A DNA stretch of 32,000 nt from Candidatus Iainarchaeum sp. (GTDB lineage Archaea > Iainarchaeota > Iainarchaeia > Iainarchaeales > JACQJH01), in the NCBI GenBank assembly GCA_016205145.1, contig JACQJH010000002.1, positions 605,307 through 637,306 on the forward strand, given 5' to 3'. Below, piece by piece: positions 26,091 to 32,000 of the stretch (position 1 is the stretch's first letter; each line of letters opens with the position of its first letter). A program made the translations under genes and the position numbers. Under the pieces are notes generated by a model. The model was not told the origin of the DNA and did not search any database. It saw only the letters and a list, made by a program, of their open reading frames with translations.

Positions 26091-26828
26091 TTGAACAGAG
26101 TCAAAACCGGAGTGAAAGGCCTCGATGAAATAATCGAAGGCGGTTTCCCGGAAGGAAGGACCGTGCTTGTCACTGGCGGGTGCGGAACCGGCAAGACGAT
26201 AATGGCAATGCAGTTCATTTATTCCGGCGCAAAGGAATTCAATGAAAACGGGGTTTACGTCACCCTTGACGAGCGGCCGGACCTTGTCAGGGAAGACATG
26301 CTCAAGTTCGGCTTTGACCTGAAGGCGCTGGAAAGAGACGGAAAAATCCACCTCATTGACGGCAGTGTGGCGAAAATCGGCCTGCCATCTGACGAGGAAT
26401 ATTCACTGCCGGTGACGGGGTTCGACCTGGACAAGCTGCTTCTGGAAATAATGCGGTCAATCAAAAAAAACAACGCAAAACGCATTGTCATTGATTCGAT
26501 CCCGGCGCTGGGCCTCAACTTTGAAAACGAGCAGGAAGTCCGGAAGGCAATCATAAAGCTCGGGTACATTCTGCAGCGCGCCGGCGCGACAGTCATAATA
26601 ATATCGGAAATAGAGGATGAGCAGAAGCTGAGCAAGTACGGCGTCGAGGAGTTTGTCGCGGACGGCGTGATAGTGCTGCATTACCTTGGCGTGGGAAGCC
26701 ACAGCAACCGCACGCTGCACATAAGAAAAATGCGCTCCACAAAGCACTCCGAAGAAGTGCACCCGCTCAAAATAACCGAAACGGGGATAAAAATCGGAAA
26801 AATAGGCGCCGACTACTCCAAAGTTTAA
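26091..26828 (+). CDS. KaiC-like / RadA-paralog (aRadC-type) single-domain RecA-superfamily ATPase, TTG start
   Basis: GLDEIIEGGFPEGRTVLVTGGCGTGKT (Walker A) and RIVIDSI (Walker B). A strong AGGTGGGGG Shine-Dalgarno sequence lies 8-10 nt upstream of TTG 26091. Confidence 0.8.
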   Translation: MNRVKTGVKGLDEIIEGGFPEGRTVLVTGGCGTGKTIMAMQFIYSGAKEFNENGVYVTLDERPDLVREDMLKFGFDLKALERDGKIHLIDGSVAKIGLPSDEEYSLPVTGFDLDKLLLEIMRSIKKNNAKRIVIDSIPALGLNFENEQEVRKAIIKLGYILQRAGATVIIISEIEDEQKLSKYGVEEFVADGVIVLHYLGVGSHSNRTLHIRKMRSTKHSEEVHPLKITETGIKIGKIGADYSKV

Positions 26829-26884
26829 TCAACCTGATTCAAAAAAGCCGCGCGCAAAACATTCATGGCTGTTGCCACATTTTC

Positions 26885-28507
26885 TTACAGTTCCTTAAAC
26901 CGCTTCGCGCACTTTTCCCTGCCCAGGCCGAGGACAAGCGAGCCGATTTTCGGCCCTTTTGGCCTTCCGATGAGGGCAAGGTAAGCAAACTCAAAAGCCT
27001 CTTTCGGGCTCTGGCCGCCGGACTTGGCCAAATCGAAAAAAGATTTCTGCAAATCCTCGGCGGATTTCCCTGAAACTATTTCAGACGCAAATTCCCTGAA
27101 CACGGGCAAAAGGCCTGCCGGCATTTTTTTGCGGAGCTCCGGCGCAAGCGTTTCGGCGAACGCGATTTTTTCCTCGGCAGGAACGTGCAGTTCAACCCAT
27201 CTGCGGCAATGCGCAATCCTCTCCGAAATCTGCCTCAGGCCTTCCGCGGAATTGCCCGGAACGTGCCCGAGCTCACGGAGCTTTTCAAGCACGCTTTCAT
27301 CATCCGGCAGGACCTGCACAAGATATGAGACAAGCGCGAAATCCGCGGGCAGGGGCAAAACCTTCCTGCTTTTCACGGATGAAAACAAAAAAAGCTTTTT
27401 CAGCTGGGCGCCGTCCTTTTCATCCGCGGAAACACCAGAGTAAAATGCCTCGGCCGCCCTGTCAAGCTCAAGCTCAAGGTTCGGCACGTCAAGCCAGGAA
27501 AAGCTGCGCGTCTTCTCAAGGCGCTTCAAATACAGGAACTTGAGGGTTTCAGGCCTTGCCACCTCAAGCCACTGGTGTGGAAAAACCACATTGCCGAGCG
27601 AAGCGGACATTTTCTGGCCGTCAATCAGCAAGTGCTCATAAAAGACCGGCACAGGCATGGGATAGTGCAAAACCCTTTCACAGATTTCGGCGTTCACAAA
27701 AAAAGCCGAGTTAGGCGCATTGTATTCCTTGCCCGCGCCCTCCGCCACCACATTCCAGCGTTTCCACTGCGAAGCCCACTCGCTTTTCCACGCAAGCTTG
27801 CCGTTCGCCTTGTTCAAATCCGAAACGCCCACATGGCCGCAGCCTTTCGCGGTGAACTTCTCAAACGCGTAATCCTTGCATTCGTACCTGACTTTTGTTC
27901 CTTCAACGCCAAGGACATTCGTTGTCTGCATGTTCCCGCACCTGTCGCAGATCGGCTTCCATGGAATCCAGCCGGCATCAGATTTGTTGTCCTTGAACTT
28001 GTCCACTATGCCACGCACTTCCGCTGCGTGCCCTACAAGCTCCAGGATGTGCTCGGTGAAATTGCCTTTCCTGTACTCGTCGCGCATCGAAAAGACTTCC
28101 GGCGGGAATTCCAGGAACTCCTCAAAAGTCCTGAGGAAAATTTCCTTGAAATGCCCGGCATAGCTTTCATGGCAGCCGAAAGGATCAGGCGCGTCGGAAA
28201 CGGAAAAGCCTATGAACTCCTTGAATGACTGCGGAACCCCCTCCGGAATTCCCCTCAGCGGGTCCATGTCCTCGGTGACATAGATGAATTTCGCGCGCGA
28301 TTCATGCTCCGCAAGGGCGCGGAAGGCCGCTTCGCCGCGGATGATGTCACTCAGCCTGCCGATATGCAGGACGCCCGAAAGAGAAGAGGAGCTTTTCACG
28401 CTCGGCGATTTTATTTCCGGAATTTCATCCGGCAAAAAATGGAATTTTTTCCTTTCCAAAACCTGGCGCGCAATCTTGTCGGCCCAGAACAGAGAATCCG
28501 AAGGCAT
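26885..28507 (-). CDS. lysK: Lysyl-tRNA synthetase, class I (start at ATG 28507; the track ORF extends to 28561)
   Basis: SGVLHIGR (HIGH-like) and KMSAS (KMSKS-like) class I motifs. About 540 aa. Confidence 0.9.
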   Translation of the reverse strand: MPSDSLFWADKIARQVLERKKFHFLPDEIPEIKSPSVKSSSSLSGVLHIGRLSDIIRGEAAFRALAEHESRAKFIYVTEDMDPLRGIPEGVPQSFKEFIGFSVSDAPDPFGCHESYAGHFKEIFLRTFEEFLEFPPEVFSMRDEYRKGNFTEHILELVGHAAEVRGIVDKFKDNKSDAGWIPWKPICDRCGNMQTTNVLGVEGTKVRYECKDYAFEKFTAKGCGHVGVSDLNKANGKLAWKSEWASQWKRWNVVAEGAGKEYNAPNSAFFVNAEICERVLHYPMPVPVFYEHLLIDGQKMSASLGNVVFPHQWLEVARPETLKFLYLKRLEKTRSFSWLDVPNLELELDRAAEAFYSGVSADEKDGAQLKKLFLFSSVKSRKVLPLPADFALVSYLVQVLPDDESVLEKLRELGHVPGNSAEGLRQISERIAHCRRWVELHVPAEEKIAFAETLAPELRKKMPAGLLPVFREFASEIVSGKSAEDLQKSFFDLAKSGGQSPKEAFEFAYLALIGRPKGPKIGSLVLGLGREKCAKRFKEL

Positions 28508-28646
28508 AACAACAACATTCCAGAAAAAAAATAAAAATGCGCCAGTGAAACGCAAAAACAAACATCAGATTTAAAAACAGAAGAACTCTTATAAATAACG
28601 CTGAAAAGCAATCACCAACAAAGAGGTGTAAAATAAAATGGCAGCT

Positions 28647-28725
28647 AAAAAAAAGAAAGCTAAAAAGAAGTAAATGATTGAAGAAATCATTTAGTTTTAT
28701 TTTCTATTTCTATTTTTCTTTTTTT
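28647..28725. terminator. Putative bidirectional terminator: 8-bp hairpin flanked by T-runs on both strands
   Basis: Hairpin AAATGATT-GAAGA-AATCATTT at 28672-28692. It is followed on the plus strand by a T-rich run (28693-28725) and on the minus strand by a T-rich run (plus-strand A-rich 28647-28670). Confidence 0.4.
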
Positions 28726-28952
28726 GTGCAGGCAAAATTTCTGCCAGACTTCCGCATGCGCGGCATTCCGCAACGCGCGTCGCGGCATGCGATACCGGCC
28801 AGACGGATAGAAGATTGAAGCGGCTTTTGGCTTTGCCCCGACCTACGGCGGGCTGAAGCCCGCCGGGTCGTAAAACCAAAATGCAACCGAAAATTGCGAC
28901 GGCGCCTAAATAGGACCCGGTACCTGCACGGGCACGCAACGGCCGGAAAAAG

Positions 28953-29026
28953 TGGGAAGGGCGGGAATTGAACCCGCGACACCACGGTCTTCAGCCGTGT
29001 GCTCTACCAGACTGAGCTACCTTCCC
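28953..29026 (-). tRNA. tRNA-Phe (anticodon GAA), 74 nt, CCA not encoded
   Basis: Folds by hand into a cloverleaf: acceptor GGGAAGG/CCTTCCC, D-arm GCTC/GAGC, anticodon stem CACGG/CCGTG with loop CTGAAGA, T-arm GCGGG-TTCAATT-CCCGC, discriminator A. ATATTAAG TATA-like box lies ~33 nt upstream. Confidence 0.93.
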
Positions 29027-29206
29027 TTGCAAACCAATATTCTGCGAAACCCTTAATATGAATGGTGCCCGTTGATTGCCTGCCCGTAGTCCACAATAGT
29101 GAACGCCTTTTCTGGTGCACGCGCTCGAATGCCGCGCAACCGCGCGCAGCGCTATGCGAGCAAAGCGAGCATGGTGCATCGGACCCGGCGGACGAAACCG
29201 CCGAGA

Positions 29207-29280
29207 CGAGCCCGGAGGGATTCGAACCCTCGACACGCGGCTTAAAAGGCCGCTGCTCTACCAGGCTGAGCTACGGGCCC
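29207..29280 (-). tRNA. tRNA-Lys (anticodon UUU), 74 nt, CCA not encoded
   Basis: Cloverleaf: acceptor GGGCCCG/CGGGCTC (one G-U pair), D-arm GCTC/GAGC, anticodon stem GCGGC/GCCGC with loop CTTTTAA, T-arm GAGGG-TTCGAAT-CCCTC, discriminator G. Confidence 0.93.
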
Positions 29281-29350
29281 AAAAAGGGCCAACTTGGGTA
29301 AAAACCGCAAGCAGGACTTTAACAGATTTGCCTCTGAAAAGGAATTTAAA

Positions 29351-30643
29351 TCATTTCCCCGCTGTCTGCGGGGCTATTTCCTTGAGGCCATTCATGTGGG
29401 GCTGAAGCGCTTTCGGCACCTTGAGCGTTCCATCTACTGTCTGATAATGCTCCAGAATCAGGCGCAGCATCCTTGACGTCGCAACCTCAGTATTGTTGAG
29501 CGTATGCACCAGCCCCTTGCTGTTATCCTTTTTTCTGAACCGGATGTTAAGCCTTGCCGCCTGGTATGAAGTGCAGTTCGAGCAGGACATGAGCTCGATG
29601 AACTTGTCTTCTCTCGGGGAATAGCCTTCGACATCGAATTTTTTTGCTGCGACCGTCCCGATGTCTCCGGTGCAGACGCCGACAACCCGATAGGGAATGT
29701 CAAGCTGCTGCAGCAGCCATTCCGAATTCGCAAGCAGTTGTTCGTGGAATTTGCCGGAGTCCTCGGGCCTGCAGAAAATGAACTGCTCGATTTTGCTGAA
29801 CTGGTGAACCCGGAACAATCCCCGTTCATCCAGGCCATGCTTTCCGACCTCGCGCCGGAAGCAGGCGGAAAGGCCGCAGTATTTCAATGGAAGCTCTTCT
29901 TCCTTCAGGATTTCGTCCATGTGCATTGCGGCCATCGGATGCTCGGAAGTCGCAATGAGGTAGAGGTCCTCGCCTTCAATCTTGTACATCACGTTTTCAA
30001 AGTCCGCCAGGTCGGTTACGCCTTCATACGGCCTGCGGCGCAGGAGGAAAGGCGGCTCTATGAGCATGAATCCTTTTTTCACAAGATCCTCGATTGCAAG
30101 GCGCTGCAGGGCGAGGTCCATCAAGGCAAGCTGGCCTTTGAGAATGAAGAAGCCGGTGCCGGAAATCTTTACTGCGCGTTCAAAGTCAGCGAGGCCGAGG
30201 CCTTCCGCGAATTCGCCGTGGTGCCTGAGCGGAAAAGAAGGCTTTTTTTGCACGCCGTGCTTTTTCACCACGGGGTTTTCGGATGAATCCTTTCCTGTCG
30301 GAACGGAATCGTCAAGTATGTTGGGCAGGCGCATCAGGTAATAATCGATTTTTTCGCGCAACTCCGAGAGACCCGCTTCAGATTCCTTTATTTTCTGGGG
30401 CAAGGCCTTTGCCTCGGCAAGCTTCTTTTCAATGGACTTTCCTTTGGCTTTGAGGGATTTTATTTCCTCGGTTATGCTGTTGCGCGCACTCCTCAATTCG
30501 TCGGCCGAGCCTTTCAGCGAACGCCATTCCAAGTCAAGCTTCAGCAGTTCCTCGAACCAGGCCAGTTTCTCCTTGTCATTGCGCTTTTTCATGCTGCGCC
30601 TGACGGAGTCGGGGTCGGAGCGGATGATTTCAATGTCAATCAT
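29351..30643 (-). CDS. serS: Seryl-tRNA synthetase
   Basis: N-terminal coiled-coil tRNA-binding arm (MIDIEIIRSDPDSVRRSMKKR...) and a class II core with FRRE, GLFRVHQF and TLNNTEVATSR-type motifs. Confidence 0.93.
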   Translation of the reverse strand: MIDIEIIRSDPDSVRRSMKKRNDKEKLAWFEELLKLDLEWRSLKGSADELRSARNSITEEIKSLKAKGKSIEKKLAEAKALPQKIKESEAGLSELREKIDYYLMRLPNILDDSVPTGKDSSENPVVKKHGVQKKPSFPLRHHGEFAEGLGLADFERAVKISGTGFFILKGQLALMDLALQRLAIEDLVKKGFMLIEPPFLLRRRPYEGVTDLADFENVMYKIEGEDLYLIATSEHPMAAMHMDEILKEEELPLKYCGLSACFRREVGKHGLDERGLFRVHQFSKIEQFIFCRPEDSGKFHEQLLANSEWLLQQLDIPYRVVGVCTGDIGTVAAKKFDVEGYSPREDKFIELMSCSNCTSYQAARLNIRFRKKDNSKGLVHTLNNTEVATSRMLRLILEHYQTVDGTLKVPKALQPHMNGLKEIAPQTAGK

Positions 30644-30705
30644 AACAATCTGGAAACAGACGTGTTCGAAAAAGGTTAAATAGATAATTGCCCGGAAAAA
30701 GGTTA

Positions 30706-31245
30706 ATGGAAGCAGTTGTTTTGAGATACGGGCACAGGCTATTCAGGGACCAGAGGGTTACAAGCCACTGCTGTCTTGTGGCAAGGGCGTTCGGGGCAAG
30801 CGAAATAGTTGTCGAGGGAATCCAGGACCCGGAACTGGAAAAGAATTTCTATGATGTCGCGCAAAGATGGGGCGGAACGACAAAACTGTCATTCACTAAA
30901 AGCTGGAAGAAGACCGCACAGGAATTCAGGAAAAAAGGCTTTTACATAACGCATCTGACGATGTACGGAAAGCCCGTGCAGGAAGACATCCAAAAAATCC
31001 GGGAAAAGGAAAAACATTTGGTCATAATCGGCTCGCAGAAGGTGGAACCGGCAGTGTACGAATTCGCCGACAAGAACACCGCCATAACCAGCCAGCCGCA
31101 CAGCGAGATTGCCGCACTCGCGGTTTTCCTGGACCGGCTGTTTGACGGAAAAGAGCTGGACAAAAAATTCGAGAATGCGGAAATAGAAGTCGTGCCGCAG
31201 GAAAAGGGAAAAAAAACAGTGAAAAAAGTTCAAAAACGCGTTTAG
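30706..31245 (+). CDS. trm56: SPOUT-family tRNA (cytidine56-2'-O)-methyltransferase, aTrm56-like (ATG 30706; track start 30688 is TTG)
   Basis: N-terminus VVLRYGHRLFRDQRVTSHCCLVARAFGA closely follows the archaeal Trm56 signature (LRLGHRxxRDxRxTTHxxLxARAFGA), as I recall it. Confidence 0.72.
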   Translation: MEAVVLRYGHRLFRDQRVTSHCCLVARAFGASEIVVEGIQDPELEKNFYDVAQRWGGTTKLSFTKSWKKTAQEFRKKGFYITHLTMYGKPVQEDIQKIREKEKHLVIIGSQKVEPAVYEFADKNTAITSQPHSEIAALAVFLDRLFDGKELDKKFENAEIEVVPQEKGKKTVKKVQKRV

Positions 31246-31279
31246 CTTAAAATCCTATACCTGATAAAAATAGTAAAGC

Positions 31280-31885
31280 ATGCCCGCCGAGACCATCACG
31301 CGCTTTGACCTGGCAAAAAACTTTCTGGGCACCATCGGCGGCGAACACGCCCTCAGGCTCGTGGGCGAGTGCGAAAAAACCGGAAGGCTCACGACCGACG
31401 AGGAACTGGCCAAGGCTTTGGGGTTGAAGGTAACTGAAATCAGGACGATCCTGAACCAGCTGCATTACCGCGGCATTGCGTGCTACCAAAAGACAAAAAA
31501 CCCGAAAACCGGATGGTATTCGTATACGTGGGAGATAAAATCCGAGAGAATCGCGGAGCTCCTGATCGAAAAGTACTCGGAAGAAAAAGGCCGACTGGAA
31601 AAAAAGGCGAGTCTGCAGACGAACTACGACATTTTCAAGTGCAAAAAGGAGTGTTCGGTTCTGCCGTTCGAGGTCGCCGCGGAATACCAGTTCAGGTGCC
31701 CGAACTGCAACGAACAGCTCGGGCCAACGGACGGCAGAAAAGAGCTCGAAAAGACGCAGACAGAAATACAAAACATTGAAAAGGAGATTGAACTAATAAA
31801 AAAATTCAGGCAGTTGGAGAAAAAGAAGCCGGGAAAAAGAACAAAAAACACAAAATCTTGGACACGGGCAGCCAAAGAATCCTGA
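31280..31885 (+). CDS. tfe: Transcription factor E (TFE, TFIIE-alpha homolog)
   Basis: Winged-helix N-terminal domain (LTTDEELAKALGLKVTEIRTILNQLHYRGI, WYSYTWEI) followed by a zinc ribbon (C...C...CPNC) and a basic tail. Confidence 0.8.
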   Translation: MPAETITRFDLAKNFLGTIGGEHALRLVGECEKTGRLTTDEELAKALGLKVTEIRTILNQLHYRGIACYQKTKNPKTGWYSYTWEIKSERIAELLIEKYSEEKGRLEKKASLQTNYDIFKCKKECSVLPFEVAAEYQFRCPNCNEQLGPTDGRKELEKTQTEIQNIEKEIELIKKFRQLEKKKPGKRTKNTKSWTRAAKES

Positions 31886-32000
31886 CGGGCAAAAAAACCC
31901 AAAAAACAGGAAAAAAGGCACTAAAACCAATTAAATAAAAAATACAGGAAAAATAAGTGAGTAAAATAGAAAAAAACTCTAAATAAAGCAAATTAAGAAA

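Noticed and set aside
28621-28673. 11-codon ORF MAAKKKKAKKK (28638-28673) preceded by a good AGAGGTG Shine-Dalgarno-like sequence and followed by a hairpin.
   Set aside because: The Lys codons are simply an A-run. On the minus strand that run is the T-tract following the same hairpin, so the structure is best read as a bidirectional terminator between the tRNA unit and the lysK promoter. An 11-aa product is not supportable from sequence alone.
28726-28929. Possible RNase P RNA or other large ncRNA closed by the inverted 7-mers GTGCAGG (28726-28732) and CCTGCAC (28923-28929).
   Set aside because: Neither strand has the P4 signatures in the right order: no GGAAAGUCC-type CR-I near the 5' end and no ACAGAA..GGCUUA CR-V near the 3' end. 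The only CR-I-like string (GCGGAAGUCUGG, minus sense) sits at the wrong end. A single 7-mer inverted match within ~200 nt is expected by chance. The region is kept only as an unassigned structured tract.
28697-29301. Four 79-91-aa ORFs (28697-28939, 28710-28985, 28991-29236, 29062-29301) in the tRNA region.
   Set aside because: They overlap or run through the tRNA-Phe and tRNA-Lys genes. They arise only because the tracts are GC-rich, and their translations are Arg/Pro/Ala-rich with no motif.
1-32000. Looked for CRISPR arrays, cas genes, transposases, integrases, reverse transcriptases, toxin-antitoxin pairs and known defence genes.
   Set aside because: I saw no regularly spaced direct repeats and no ORF with the corresponding catalytic motifs. 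The only mobile-type gene is the LAGLIDADG endonuclease.
31886-32000. A-rich 115-nt tract after tfe at the window end.
   Set aside because: It has no ORF, repeat unit or structure that I can define, and the window ends here, so no call is possible.

Overview
Gene-dense segment (about 90% coding) of an archaeal chromosome. All calls come from reading the ORF translations and the DNA by eye; no homology search was run. The archaeal origin rests on RadA, RPA, TFE, class I LysRS, GGGP synthase, aTrm56, archaeal-type TIM, SRP54/FtsY and an SRP RNA. Short intergenic spacers and TATA boxes about 27 nt upstream of many start codons fit a small genome, possibly DPANN-like (low confidence). Most of the window is ordinary housekeeping: ftsY, aquaporin, sod, ogg, lemA-htpX, srp54, A24 prepilin peptidase, ribD, rtcA, an SDR epimerase, GGGPS, an MBL hydrolase, rpa, radA, tgt, tpiA, corA, class I lysS, tRNA-Phe, tRNA-Lys, serS, trm56 and tfe. 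I found no CRISPR array, transposase, integrase or recognisable defence gene. Four things deserve a second look. (1) At 21.2-26.8 kb an archaeal backbone carries a full-length bacterial-type RelA/SpoT homolog with an intact synthetase and a degenerate hydrolase site. Two genes away is a 4xCBS protein whose C-terminal ~100 aa looks like a bacterial HPF/RaiA ribosome-hibernation domain. corA, tpiA and a KaiC-like ATPase lie in the same cluster, so this may be a stringent-response/hibernation module. (2) A low-GC cassette carries a free-standing double-motif LAGLIDADG endonuclease, and its junction lies exactly at the metal-ligand codons of sod. (3) An SRP RNA not present in the ORF track is hidden under a spurious 255-aa ORF. 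(4) There are several Arg-rich ORFans, and GC-rich structured non-coding tracts trail both tRNAs. Several genes (tgt, ribD, RSH, the HPF-like domain) look bacterial in type, which suggests inter-domain transfer.
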